Notes: generated from the sequence alone by a model not told the origin. A stretch of 64,000 nt of DNA from an uncultured Lentisphaeraceae bacterium (GCA_949288955.1 CASEMS010000002.1:6490-70489); one strand, 5' to 3'; counted from the first letter of the stretch, positions 19,064 to 29,138 are shown. Numbers and translations are program-made.

Positions 19064-20445
19064 GGCTCACCGGTGGGCAATGGCGTTGGTTCCTCGGCGC
19101 GGGCCTGTGCGTCGCCCTCGCCGCCGTGGCCGCGGTGCTGGCGGACGCGCTGCTGGCGCGTCTGCGCCCGACGGTCGACCTGAGCGCGTGGGGCGTGGGG
19201 CCGACGCTTTCCGAGCGCGGGCGCGCCACGCTCACCGACACCTCCGGCCTCATCGCCGTGACCTGCGTCCTCCCCGCCGAATCCCCCGCCGCGCTCCCGG
19301 TCGGGCGGTTGCTGCGCGCCTTCGCCCAAGCCTCGCGCGACGCCGCGGGCGCCACCTTCGCCATCGACTACGTCGACCCCCGCATGGAGGTCGGCGCGGC
19401 CACGCGCCTGATGGCCCAAGGCGCCGAGGGCCCCGGCGTGCTTCTGCGCCAGGCGGGGCGCCACGCCTTCGTGCCCGAGAGCGCGCTGCTCTCCCCCCAG
19501 GGCGTCTACGACCCGGCCGAGGCCGAAAGCGCCGTCGCCGCCGCCATCGCCCGCCTCTCCCGCGCCGAAGGGCTGGAGGTGGGGTGGCTGACGGGCCACG
19601 GCGAGCCGGCCTTCGACGGCACCAACCCGCTCTCCGGCTTCTCCGGCCTGCGCCGCGCGTTGGAGAACGAAGGGTGCCGCCTCCGCCCTGTAACATTGGA
19701 CGTGGCGGCGGAGGATGGCGGCCTGCCCGCCTCCGTCGGCGCGCTGATGATCGTCGCCCCATGCTATCCCGTTACCTCCGCCGAGCGGGCCTTCCTGCTT
19801 GACTGGCTGGACCGCGGGGGGCGCCTCTTCTGCGCGCTCCCCGGCGCCGGCGACGCGGGGCTCGGGCCGCTTCTGGAACGGTGGGGCATCCGCTTCGGCA
19901 CGTGGCCGCGCGTCCCCGCCCACCGCATCGAGGGGGATGCGGGGCTCACCGACCTCTTGGCGGCCGACCATCCCGTCACGCGGGAGCTCGCGGGCAAGGC
20001 GCGGTTGGTCTTCGGCGCGCCCCGGGCGTTGGTGCCCGAGACCGTGCGCGGCGTCTCCGTCACCCCCCTCGTCCGGCTGGAGGCCGCGCCGATCCCCGGC
20101 GGCGCGCAGACGAACCAGACTGTGGCCGTGGCCGTGGCCGCCGAGCGCGGGGGCCGCGTGGGCGCGGATCTGGCGTTCCGCCCGGGCCGCGTGGTGGCCG
20201 TGGGCGAGGCGGCCTTCGCCGAGAACCGCTACGTGCTGAACCACGCCACCGCGAACCGCGACTTGGCGGTGAACGCGATCCGTTGGCTCACCGGCCTCTC
20301 CGGGAGCGGCGCGCGTACGGGCGCCGGCGTGCTCCGCGTGGGCGGGGACGCCCATGCCTGGAGGATGGACTTCCTGACGGTGGCGCTGGGCGTGCCGTTC
20401 GCGCTGTGCCTGGCGCTCTGGCTCTTGACACGGAGGCGTGGATGA
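19060..20445 (+). CDS. GldG-like ABC-transporter auxiliary component family protein
   Basis: 461 aa; N- and C-terminal TM anchors; GldG/ABC_transp_aux-like periplasmic domain (NxDLAVNAIRWL near C-term); ATGA overlap with cdaR stop. Confidence 0.65.
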   Translation: MRLTGGQWRWFLGAGLCVALAAVAAVLADALLARLRPTVDLSAWGVGPTLSERGRATLTDTSGLIAVTCVLPAESPAALPVGRLLRAFAQASRDAAGATFAIDYVDPRMEVGAATRLMAQGAEGPGVLLRQAGRHAFVPESALLSPQGVYDPAEAESAVAAAIARLSRAEGLEVGWLTGHGEPAFDGTNPLSGFSGLRRALENEGCRLRPVTLDVAAEDGGLPASVGALMIVAPCYPVTSAERAFLLDWLDRGGRLFCALPGAGDAGLGPLLERWGIRFGTWPRVPAHRIEGDAGLTDLLAADHPVTRELAGKARLVFGAPRALVPETVRGVSVTPLVRLEAAPIPGGAQTNQTVAVAVAAERGGRVGADLAFRPGRVVAVGEAAFAENRYVLNHATANRDLAVNAIRWLTGLSGSGARTGAGVLRVGGDAHAWRMDFLTVALGVPFALCLALWLLTRRRG

Positions 20446-22280
20446 GGTTCGTCCGGAACATCGTGGCGCTGCTGTGCCTGGTGGCGCTCCTCGCCGCCGG
20501 GTTGGTGGCGGAACGTTTCCTGGGGCGGGGGACGGCGTTCGCCGTCGGCGCCCCGCTGATCCCCGTCCCGCCCGAGACGGTCGTGGGGCTGTCGTGGGAC
20601 GTGGAGGCGCCCAACGGCGCGCTCCGCGAGATGACGCTCCGGCGCGAGGGGGAGTTCTGGCGGATGGGCCAGCCCTACCCCGAGACGCTCTGCGACGCCG
20701 CCGCCGTGGCCGACTTCCTGGACGCGCTTCAGGGGCTGCGCGTGCAGGCCCGCCTGGGCCCCGCCGAGGGGAGCGCCTTCCGCGCCGTGCGCAGGCTGGT
20801 CGTCCGCACGCCGGAGATGGCGTTCGCCCGCGGCTTCGGCGGCACGCAGCCGATGGCGTTGGCGCAGACGTTGGCCGAGGCGGATGGCACGTTGGTCTCC
20901 GTGGAGGCGGCGGCGGTGGCGCGTCTGCCGCGCACCGCCGCGACGCTGCGCGCGCAGGCCATCCTGCCCGTCAGCCCAGACCGCGTGGTGGCGTTGGAAT
21001 GGCGCGGGCCGGGGCGGCCTTTCGCCCGTGCGCAACGCCTCCCGGGCGGCAATTGGGAGGTCTCCCGCCCCATCCCCTTCGAGGTCGAGGCCCACGACGC
21101 CGAGCGTGCGCTGACCCTGCTGACACGGGCGGACACCATCAACGCCTACGTCCGCCCCGCGGACGACGCGCCCTTCGCGCCGGACCGCCCGCTCCCGGAG
21201 ACGGCGTTGGACGCCTATGGGTTGGACGAGGAGGCGGCCCTGCGCGTCTCCGTCTACGTGCGCGGGCTGGACGACCCGCTGACGCTGCGTTTCGGCGCCG
21301 CGGACCCCGCCCGCAAGGGGGCGGTCTTCTGCCTGCTCGACGATGGGCGCTCGGTGGTCTCCGTGTCGGCGTCGCTGCCGGATTGCCTGGGGGCGTCGGG
21401 GCCCTTCGTGGCGGAGTTCCAGGAGTTCATGGTGTTGGGCGAGGCGTTGGCGGCGGGGGCCGACCGCCTGACCGTCCGCCTGAGGGGGCAGGAGACGCCC
21501 GTGGAGCTGACCTGGGGGGGCGTGGGGCGCGCCCGGCTGACGCTGCCCACGGCCCTCCCCGCGGACGAGGCGATAACGCGCGACCTCTTCTTAGGGCTGA
21601 CCGCGTTCTCCGGGGAGGTGACCGGCCTGGAGCCGCCCGCCGGCGTGGAACCCCTCGGCTCCGTCACCGTGGCCCAGTCGGACGGCTCCACGCCGCCGGT
21701 CACGCTCGATTTCTATCCCGCGCAGGAGGCCGATCGCCTGTTGGCATGGCGCGCCGACCAAGGGCGGCTCTATCGCGTCGCCCGCGACCCGAAATTGGAG
21801 CTGTTGCTGTCGGAGGGGTTGCAGCATCGCCTGGCGGATCGCACGGTGCTCTCCGTGCCGGCGGGGCGGATCCGCCGCATCGCCGTCCTCCGGCGCGACG
21901 GCGCCCACTGTGCGGCCATCCGGCGCGGCGCCGCGCTGACGTGGGAGACCGAAAGCCCCGCGGGCACCTACGTGGCGACGGAGACCTTGGATGCGTGGCT
22001 GACGCGCTTCGCCGACCTCAAGGCGGGGCGGGTCCTGCGCGACGCGCCCGTCTCCCCCGCCGAATTGCGCCCCTATGGGCTGGATCGGCCGACGACGCGG
22101 CTGACCTTGGACTTGGATGGCGGGGCGGACGGCCTCCGGCGCGTGTTGCTCATCGGCGACCCCGACCCGAAGACCGGCGCGGCGCCCGCCTTGGTGCAGG
22201 GGCGCCCCGTGCTGTATGAGCTGGACGCCGAGACGGTGCGCCTGCTGTCGCGTTGGCCGATGCGGGAGGGCAAGGAATGA
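20442..22280 (+). CDS. DUF4340 domain protein (GldG-associated)
   Basis: 612 aa; N-terminal signal/TM; repeated beta-rich modules typical of DUF4340; conserved GldG–DUF4340 adjacency; ATGA overlap upstream. Confidence 0.6.
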   Translation: MRFVRNIVALLCLVALLAAGLVAERFLGRGTAFAVGAPLIPVPPETVVGLSWDVEAPNGALREMTLRREGEFWRMGQPYPETLCDAAAVADFLDALQGLRVQARLGPAEGSAFRAVRRLVVRTPEMAFARGFGGTQPMALAQTLAEADGTLVSVEAAAVARLPRTAATLRAQAILPVSPDRVVALEWRGPGRPFARAQRLPGGNWEVSRPIPFEVEAHDAERALTLLTRADTINAYVRPADDAPFAPDRPLPETALDAYGLDEEAALRVSVYVRGLDDPLTLRFGAADPARKGAVFCLLDDGRSVVSVSASLPDCLGASGPFVAEFQEFMVLGEALAAGADRLTVRLRGQETPVELTWGGVGRARLTLPTALPADEAITRDLFLGLTAFSGEVTGLEPPAGVEPLGSVTVAQSDGSTPPVTLDFYPAQEADRLLAWRADQGRLYRVARDPKLELLLSEGLQHRLADRTVLSVPAGRIRRIAVLRRDGAHCAAIRRGAALTWETESPAGTYVATETLDAWLTRFADLKAGRVLRDAPVSPAELRPYGLDRPTTRLTLDLDGGADGLRRVLLIGDPDPKTGAAPALVQGRPVLYELDAETVRLLSRWPMREGKE

Positions 22281-23707
22281 ATGGGAGTTGCGTGCCGTTG
22301 GAGGCGCTGAGCGAGGCGGCCTTCCTGACAGACGGGGATTTCCGCGTGGTGGACTGCAACGCGCGGGCGGTGGAACTGCTCCGCGCCCCCTCGCGCGAGG
22401 CCGTCATCGGCCGCGACGCCTCCGACATGCCCAACGACCACGACCTCGCCGCCGAGTTCCCCACCTATCTGCGCGAGCGCCTCACCGCCGTCCCCTTCGT
22501 CTCCTTGGAGAACCACGCCGCGCGCGACGACGGCACCACCTTCGTCGCCGAGGCCGTCCTCCACCGTCTCTCCGACGGCAACGTGCTCATCATGGTGCGC
22601 GACGTCACCGCCCGCGTCGAAAGCCTCCACCGCGCCGAGGAGGCCAACGAGCGTCTCCGCGCCGCCATCCGCGACCGCATGGAGTTCGTCTCCAACGTCT
22701 CGCACGAGCTCCGCACCCCGCTCACCTCGATGTCCTACGCGATCGGCAATATGCTCCGTGGCATTTGCGGCCCCCTCCCCCAGAAGGCGCAGGACTATCT
22801 TGGGCGCTTGCAGGTGGACGTCAAGCGCCTGATGACCACCGTCAACGACATCCTCGACCTCCGCCAGATGGAGAATGGCACCCTGACCCTCCGCAAAAGC
22901 CTCGTGCCCCTCGCCCACCTCCTCGCCGAATCGGCCGACGCCCTCCTCATCCAGGCCCAGGCCAAGCGCCAGACCCTCACCGTCGCCCCGGCCCCCAAGG
23001 AGATTTACGCGGAGGCCGACCGCCACAAAGTGGAGCGCGTCTTCTTCAACATCCTCTCCAACGCCGTCAAGTACACCCCCGAGGGCGGCACCATCCACGC
23101 CTCCATCCGCGCCGAGGGCAAGGACGCCCTCATCCAGGTGGACGACAACGGCATCGGCATCCCCCCCGAGGCCCTCCCCCGCGTCTCCCAGCGTTACTTC
23201 CGCGTGGGCGACCAAGTGGCCGGCACGGGCCTCGGCCTCTCCATCGTCCGCGAGATCGTCGAGCTCCACGGCGGCACGCTCACCATCCAATCGCCCGTGC
23301 CCGGTGACGACCGCGGCACGCGCGTCGCCGTCCGCCTCCCCGCCTGCCCAGGGCCGGAGGTGGTGGTGGTCTCCGGCGACGAGGCGCTCATCGCCGCGCT
23401 CACCCCCCCGCTCACGGATCTGGGGCTGCGCGTCCGCCCCGACCGCGAGGGGCTCGACCTCGCCAAGGGCGGCCAAACCTCCGCGCCCCCGGCCCGCTTC
23501 ATCCTTGACGGCGCCCTCCCCGACTGTTGCCTCAGCGAGCTGATCTGCCAGATCCGCGGCGACGCCCGCCTCGCGCAGACCCCCATCCTCGTGCTCTCCC
23601 CCTTCGCCATCGACGCCAGCCGCCGCGCCGAATACGCCCGGATGCGCGTCGACCTTCGCCCGTGGCCCCTTCCCATCGAGGAGCTCCGGCCCCTCTTCCA
23701 GGCCTGA
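22277..23707 (+). CDS. hybrid sensor histidine kinase (PAS – HisKA – HATPase_c – receiver-like domain)
   Basis: 476 aa from MNGSCVPL; H-box SHELRTPLTS, N/G boxes (NAVKYT, DNGIGI, GTGLGLSI); C-terminal ~120 aa receiver-like; ATGA overlap with upstream stop. Confidence 0.85.
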   Translation: MNGSCVPLEALSEAAFLTDGDFRVVDCNARAVELLRAPSREAVIGRDASDMPNDHDLAAEFPTYLRERLTAVPFVSLENHAARDDGTTFVAEAVLHRLSDGNVLIMVRDVTARVESLHRAEEANERLRAAIRDRMEFVSNVSHELRTPLTSMSYAIGNMLRGICGPLPQKAQDYLGRLQVDVKRLMTTVNDILDLRQMENGTLTLRKSLVPLAHLLAESADALLIQAQAKRQTLTVAPAPKEIYAEADRHKVERVFFNILSNAVKYTPEGGTIHASIRAEGKDALIQVDDNGIGIPPEALPRVSQRYFRVGDQVAGTGLGLSIVREIVELHGGTLTIQSPVPGDDRGTRVAVRLPACPGPEVVVVSGDEALIAALTPPLTDLGLRVRPDREGLDLAKGGQTSAPPARFILDGALPDCCLSELICQIRGDARLAQTPILVLSPFAIDASRRAEYARMRVDLRPWPLPIEELRPLFQA

Positions 23708-23731
23708 CCGCCCCCGCGAGAGACAAAAAAA

Positions 23732-23766
23732 GCCCCGCAAGGATTTCTCCTTGCGGGGCTTTTTGT
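23732..23766 (+). terminator. Rho-independent terminator
   Basis: GCCCCGCAAGGatttctCCTTGCGGGGC + TTTTTG. Confidence 0.75.
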
Positions 23767-23886
23767 CGCTTCGGCGCGGGGGGTTGTCGTCCCATCCCCC
23801 GAGCCTCGGTGCATTGTGGCGTAGGCAGGGGGACAGACAGGCGTTTGGGGATTTGCGGGTCGGGCGGGATGTGGTATTATGCGAGT

Positions 23887-25992
23887 ATGAGAACGTTTGC
23901 ACTTCTTTTGGCCGCCTGCGTGGCGGGCGGGTCGATTATGGCGGCTCCGGCGCGTCATCCCTCCTATGAGCCGAAGGCCCCTGGGGCCGTCGGGCCGGAG
24001 AATCTCTTCCGTGGCGCGAAGGCCACGGCGAAGGATCAGTGGAGCGACCGCGCGCCAGGGCTTGCGGTGAATGGGAACCGCAACCGCAACGACCATTGGG
24101 CGAGTGATTCGCTGCCGGCGTGGCACCAGCTCGATCTGGGGGAGGCAAAGACCTTCGCGTCGGTGCGGGTGGTGCCGTATTTCGGCGATGGGCGCGTCTA
24201 TGGCTTCAAGGTGGAGGGGTCTCTGGACGGGAAGACGTGGGCGATGATCGGGGATCGGACGGCGAACTCGATCGAGGGGGGGCCGGACGGCTTCCTGTTG
24301 GATTTGGACAAGCCGATGACGGCGCGTTACGTGCGGACGACCTTCACGCGGAACACGGCGAACAACGCGGGGCATCTGGTGGAGATCGAGGGGTACGCGG
24401 CGACGCAGGGAGGGGAGCCGCGCCTGATCCCGGTCTCGATGCGGCAGCGGTTCGGCCGGGACACGCTGAGCGGTCTGTCGGCGCCGGAGTCGCCGGAGGT
24501 GGCGTTGCGCGGGTGGCGCGGTGAGCGCGTGGCGGCGCAGGTGCTGGTGGAGGCGCCGGAGGGCTTCAAGGAGCTTCGCGCGGAGCCGTGCGTACTGCGG
24601 TCGGCGGATGGGCGGGAGGTGCCCGTCCGGGTGGATGTGGTGCGTTACACGCTGGGCAACGGGAAGTTGGTGGCGGACATCCTGGATGGGACGGCGCAGA
24701 CGCGCTTCGAGGGCGTGGTGCGGCCGTTCGTGCTGACGGTGGACATCCCGGCGGACGCGCCGGAGTCGGCGGAGGGAACCTTCGCGGTGCGGGTGAACGG
24801 AAAGCGCCTGGCGTGCGCGGTGCGTCTGCGGGCGGACGCGATGGTGCTGCCCCCGCCTTCGGAGTGGTCGGCGCACGTGGATCTGTGGCAGCATCCGGAC
24901 GCGGTGGCACGGTGGCATGACGTGCCGGCGTGGTCGGAGGAGCATTTCCGTCTGCTGAAGCCGTATATGGAGCGCTTGGCCTCGATGGGGCAGAAGACCA
25001 TCACCGCCACGCTCATCGACGAGGCGTGGAATGAGCAGACGTATGACCGTTTCCGCTCGATGGTTGGCATCTCGCGGAAGGCGGATGGCACGTGGGTTTA
25101 CGATTACTCGGTCTTCGACCGTTGGGTGACCTTCATGCGGGAGGAGATCGGGTTGCGCAATGCGACGATCTCGTGCTACAGCATGTTGCCGTGGTCGCTG
25201 ACCTTCCCTTATTATGATGAGGCGCAGGGGCGGACGGTGGCGCCGAAGCTGAATCCTGGGACGGCGGAGTACGAGGCGTTCTGGGGAAGCCTGCTGGAGG
25301 ACTTCGTGCGGCATGTGCGGGCGAAGGGTTGGGAGGGAATCACGCGCATCGCGATGGACGAGCGGCCGGATTACCTCTTCAAGCCGGCGTTGGCGGTGGC
25401 GCGCAAGCACGCGCCGTCGCTGAAGATCGTGGCGGCGTGCAACGCGCCCAGCAACATCACGGCGGACTTCGATGACTGCTCCTATGGCTTCCATATCTGC
25501 GAGCGGCTGGTGAAGTTGGCCGCCGAGCGCCGCGCGCAGGGGAAGCAGACGACCTTCTACGTCTGTTGTAGCCCGGCGCGCCCCAACACCTTCATGGCCT
25601 CCGGTTTGGCGGAGAGCGAGTGGCTCTTCCCGATGGCGGCGCATTACGGGCTGGATGGGATGCTGCGCTGGACCTTCCAGTCGTGGGTCGAGAATCCGCT
25701 CGTCTGCCAGGACTACACCACGTGGCCCAGCGGCGACACGTCGCTGATCTATCCCGGGAACCGCCCGAGCCTGCGTTGGGAGGGGCTGCGCAACGGAATC
25801 GAGACCTTCGAGAAGGTGCGGCTCCTGCGTGCGGCGGCCAAGGCCAAGGGGAAACCCGAGGCCATCGCCCCCGTGGAGGCGGCGCTCAAGGCCTTCACCG
25901 TCGCCCGTGGCGGCAAGGCGGGCAACCCTTACGAGGCGGATCTGATTGCGTTGGATCGGGCCTTGGAGGCGGCGACCGAGGCGCTCCGATGA
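23887..25992 (+). CDS. secreted glycoside hydrolase-like protein with N-terminal F5/8 type C (discoidin) domain and DUF4091/GH123-like catalytic region
   Basis: 701 aa; signal peptide MRTFALLLAACVAGG; discoidin motifs (WQ/HQLDLG...RYVR); the remainder resembles DUF4091-type hydrolases. Confidence 0.5.
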   Translation: MRTFALLLAACVAGGSIMAAPARHPSYEPKAPGAVGPENLFRGAKATAKDQWSDRAPGLAVNGNRNRNDHWASDSLPAWHQLDLGEAKTFASVRVVPYFGDGRVYGFKVEGSLDGKTWAMIGDRTANSIEGGPDGFLLDLDKPMTARYVRTTFTRNTANNAGHLVEIEGYAATQGGEPRLIPVSMRQRFGRDTLSGLSAPESPEVALRGWRGERVAAQVLVEAPEGFKELRAEPCVLRSADGREVPVRVDVVRYTLGNGKLVADILDGTAQTRFEGVVRPFVLTVDIPADAPESAEGTFAVRVNGKRLACAVRLRADAMVLPPPSEWSAHVDLWQHPDAVARWHDVPAWSEEHFRLLKPYMERLASMGQKTITATLIDEAWNEQTYDRFRSMVGISRKADGTWVYDYSVFDRWVTFMREEIGLRNATISCYSMLPWSLTFPYYDEAQGRTVAPKLNPGTAEYEAFWGSLLEDFVRHVRAKGWEGITRIAMDERPDYLFKPALAVARKHAPSLKIVAACNAPSNITADFDDCSYGFHICERLVKLAAERRAQGKQTTFYVCCSPARPNTFMASGLAESEWLFPMAAHYGLDGMLRWTFQSWVENPLVCQDYTTWPSGDTSLIYPGNRPSLRWEGLRNGIETFEKVRLLRAAAKAKGKPEAIAPVEAALKAFTVARGGKAGNPYEADLIALDRALEAATEALR

Positions 25993-26035
25993 GCGGCGGA
26001 CGCGGATTTCGTGTTGTTGAGAAAGGAACTCAGTC

Positions 26036-27136
26036 ATGGCAATTGTTGATGTGAAGCCGGCGGCCTCCTGCCGTTGGGACATCGTTTCCTTGGGCGAGGT
26101 GATGTTGCGCCTGGATCCCGGTGAGGGGCGCATCCACACCACCCGCCAATTCACCGTCTGGGAGGGTGGCGGCGAGTACAACGTCGCGCGCGGTCTGCGG
26201 CGGTGCTTCGGCATGCGGGCCTCGGTGGTCACGGCGTTGGCGGACAACCCGGTGGGCCGACTGGTCGAGGACTTCATCCTCCAAGGCGGGGTGGACACCT
26301 CGCACATCCGGTGGGCGCCCTATGACGGCGTGGGCTGGAACGTCCGCAACGGCCTGAACTTCACCGAGCGCGGCTTCGGCGCGCGCGGGGCGCGCGGTTG
26401 CTCCGACCGCGGCCACACCGCCATCGCGGCGCTTCGCGTGGGCGATGTCGACTGGGACGCGCTCTTCGGCGGCGAGGGCGTGCGCTGGTTCCACACCGGC
26501 GGCATCTTCGCGGGGCTCTCGGGCACCACCCCCGAGGTCGCCATCGAGGCCCTCAAGGCCGCCAAGCGCAACGGCGTCATCACCTCCTACGACCTCAATT
26601 ACCGTCCTTCCCTCTGGAAGGGCAACGGCGGCCAGGAGCACGCCCGCGCCGTCAACCGCGAGTTGGCGCAGTATGTGGACGTGATGATTGGCAACGAGGA
26701 GGACTTCACCGCGGCCCTCGGGCTGGAGGTGCCGGGTGTGGACAAGAACCTCACCGCGCTCCCCGTCGATGGCTTCAAGCGCATGATCGGCGAGGCCGTC
26801 AAGGCCTATCCCAACTTCAAGGTCGTGGCCACCACCCTCCGCGCCGTGAAGACCGCCACCGTCAACGACTGGGGCGCCATCTGCTGGGCCGATGGGCAGT
26901 TCCACGAGGCCACCCCGCGCCCCGGCCTGGAGATCCTCGACCGCGTGGGCGGCGGGGACAGCTTCGCCTCGGGTCTCATCTATGGCCTGATGGAGAAGGG
27001 CGACCCCGAGGCCGCCGTGAACTACGGCGCGGCGCATGGCGCGCTGGCCATGACCACGCCCGGCGACACCTCGATGGCCACGTTGGCCGAGGTGGAGAAG
27101 CTGGTGGGCGGCGGCTCCGCCCGCGTGGACCGTTGA
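26036..27136 (+). CDS. kdgK: PfkB-family sugar kinase, probable 2-dehydro-3-deoxygluconokinase
   Basis: 366 aa; ribokinase-fold motifs (GGxxxN, anion hole DRVGGGDSFASG); context with uxuA/uxaC/eda. Confidence 0.75.
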   Translation: MAIVDVKPAASCRWDIVSLGEVMLRLDPGEGRIHTTRQFTVWEGGGEYNVARGLRRCFGMRASVVTALADNPVGRLVEDFILQGGVDTSHIRWAPYDGVGWNVRNGLNFTERGFGARGARGCSDRGHTAIAALRVGDVDWDALFGGEGVRWFHTGGIFAGLSGTTPEVAIEALKAAKRNGVITSYDLNYRPSLWKGNGGQEHARAVNRELAQYVDVMIGNEEDFTAALGLEVPGVDKNLTALPVDGFKRMIGEAVKAYPNFKVVATTLRAVKTATVNDWGAICWADGQFHEATPRPGLEILDRVGGGDSFASGLIYGLMEKGDPEAAVNYGAAHGALAMTTPGDTSMATLAEVEKLVGGGSARVDR

Positions 27137-27158
27137 GCAAGGCAAGGAGCAGAGCGTC

Positions 27159-29138
27159 ATGAAGCAAGGTTGGCGTTGGTTCGGCACGCAGGACCCCATC
27201 TCGCTGAAGGAAATCCGCCAGGCGGGCGTCACCGACGTGGTGGCCGCCCTCTACGAGCGCAAGTGCGGCGAGGTGTGGCCCATCGAGGAAATCCGCGCGC
27301 GGCAGGAGGCCGTCCGCGCCGCGGGCATGGAGTGGTCGGTCATCGAGAGCGTGCCGGTGCATGAGAGCGTCAAGACGCGCACCGGCGACTTCCAGACCTA
27401 CATCGAGAACTACAAGCAGACCCTCCGCAACCTGGCCGCCTGCGGCATCAAGGTGGTCTGCTACAACTTCATGCCCATCCTCGATTGGACGCGCAGCCAG
27501 TTGGACTACGCCCTCCCCGACGGCTCCAGCGTGCTGAACTTCGATGAGGTGGCCGTCGCCGCCTTTGACCTCCACATCCTCAAGCGTCCCGGTGCCGAAA
27601 AGGATTATGACGACGCCCTCCGCGCCAAGGCCAAGGCTTGGTTCGAGGCCGCCGACCCCGCCCTCATCGAGAAGACCTCCAAGGGCATCCTCCTCGGCCT
27701 CCCCGGCACGGTCGACGATCTCACCGTCGAAGGCTTCCGCGACCTGCTCAAGACCTACGAAGGCATCGACGACGCCACGCTCCGCGCCAACCTCTACGCC
27801 TTCCTCAACGAGCTGGCCCCCCTCTGCGAGGAGCTCGGCGTGCGCATGGCCATCCACCCCGACGACCCCCCGCGCTCCCTCTTCGGTCTCCCCCGCATCC
27901 TCTCCGACGCCGACGACATCCGCGAGATGTGCGCCAAGGTGCCCAGCGAGAACATGGGCCTGACCCTCTGCACCGGCTCCCTCGGCGGCGGCCGCGCCAA
28001 CGATGAGGTCGCCATCTTCCGCGAGTTCGCCCGCCGCGTCCACTTCGTCCACTTCCGCAACGTCGTCTACGCCGACGGCGGCACCTTCCACGAGTCCGGC
28101 TGCCACCTTTGCGGCAAGGTTGATATGCCCCGCCTCATGCGCATTCTCCTCGATGAGGAGGCCCGCCGCGGCGAGCAGATCGTCGTCCGCCCCGACCACG
28201 GCCGCCTCATGGAGATCGACAAAGGCCGCACCTGCTACAGCGGTTACTCCTACGGCGGGCGCCTCGTCGGCCTCGCCGAGCTCCGCGGGCTTGAATATGG
28301 CCTCATCCACGGCAGCGACCTCGATGGCAAGGTCATCGTCGTCACCGGCGCCGCCGGCGTCCTCTGCTCCGTGATGACCGAGGATTTCCTCCGCCACGGC
28401 GCCAAGGTCGCCCTCCTTGACCTCCACGGCGAGAAGGCCGAGGCCTTCGCCGCCGCCCTCGCCGCCAAGGGCCTCACCGAGACCCTCCCCCTCGGCGCCA
28501 ACGTCCTCGACCGTGCCTCCCTTGAGGCCGCGCGCGACGCCGTCCTCGCCAAGTGGGGCCGCGTGGACATCCTCGTCAACGGCGCCGGCGGCAACCACCC
28601 CAAGGGCACCTGCGCCGCCGAGCAGATGACCCCCGACGCCAAGCTGGAGGAGACCTTCTTCGGCCTCGACATCGAGGGCTTCGAGTTCGTCAACCGCCTC
28701 AACTTCATCGGCACGCTGCTCCCCTCGCAGGTCTTCGCCAAGGAGATGCTCGCCACCGGCGGTTCCATCGTGAACATCTCCTCCATGGCCGCCACCCAGC
28801 CCCTCACCAAGGTCGCCGCCTACGCCGCCGCCAAGGCCTCCATCGAGAACTTCACCCGCTGGCTCGCCACCCACCTCGCGCCCATGGGCATCCGCGTCAA
28901 CGCCATCGCCCCCGGCTTCTTCATCACCAACCAGAACCGCTTCCTCATGCTGGAGCAGGACGGCAAGACCCTCACCCCCCGCGGACACAAGGTCATCGCC
29001 AAGACGCCCATGCGCAAGTTCGGCCAACCCAGCGACCTCTGCGGCGCCGTGCGCTACCTCGTCTCCGACGACGCCTCCTTCGTCACCGGCATTGTCATCC
29101 CGATCGACGGCGGGTTCCTGGCCTACTCCGGCGTCTGA
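27159..29138 (+). CDS. uxuA: fusion protein: mannonate dehydratase (UxuA) + short-chain dehydrogenase/reductase (UxuB-type D-mannonate oxidoreductase)
   Basis: 659 aa; N-terminal ~360 aa UxuA (MKQGWRWFG..., TIM-barrel xylose-isomerase-like); C-terminal SDR with TGAAGxxG Rossmann (VVTGAAGVLC), catalytic S...YxxxK (AAYAAAK). Confidence 0.85.
   Translation: MKQGWRWFGTQDPISLKEIRQAGVTDVVAALYERKCGEVWPIEEIRARQEAVRAAGMEWSVIESVPVHESVKTRTGDFQTYIENYKQTLRNLAACGIKVVCYNFMPILDWTRSQLDYALPDGSSVLNFDEVAVAAFDLHILKRPGAEKDYDDALRAKAKAWFEAADPALIEKTSKGILLGLPGTVDDLTVEGFRDLLKTYEGIDDATLRANLYAFLNELAPLCEELGVRMAIHPDDPPRSLFGLPRILSDADDIREMCAKVPSENMGLTLCTGSLGGGRANDEVAIFREFARRVHFVHFRNVVYADGGTFHESGCHLCGKVDMPRLMRILLDEEARRGEQIVVRPDHGRLMEIDKGRTCYSGYSYGGRLVGLAELRGLEYGLIHGSDLDGKVIVVTGAAGVLCSVMTEDFLRHGAKVALLDLHGEKAEAFAAALAAKGLTETLPLGANVLDRASLEAARDAVLAKWGRVDILVNGAGGNHPKGTCAAEQMTPDAKLEETFFGLDIEGFEFVNRLNFIGTLLPSQVFAKEMLATGGSIVNISSMAATQPLTKVAAYAAAKASIENFTRWLATHLAPMGIRVNAIAPGFFITNQNRFLMLEQDGKTLTPRGHKVIAKTPMRKFGQPSDLCGAVRYLVSDDASFVTGIVIPIDGGFLAYSGV

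Noticed and set aside
23194-26307. 1037-aa minus-strand ORF
   Set aside because: Antisense to the histidine kinase and glycoside hydrolase; Arg/Pro-rich junk translation; no motifs.
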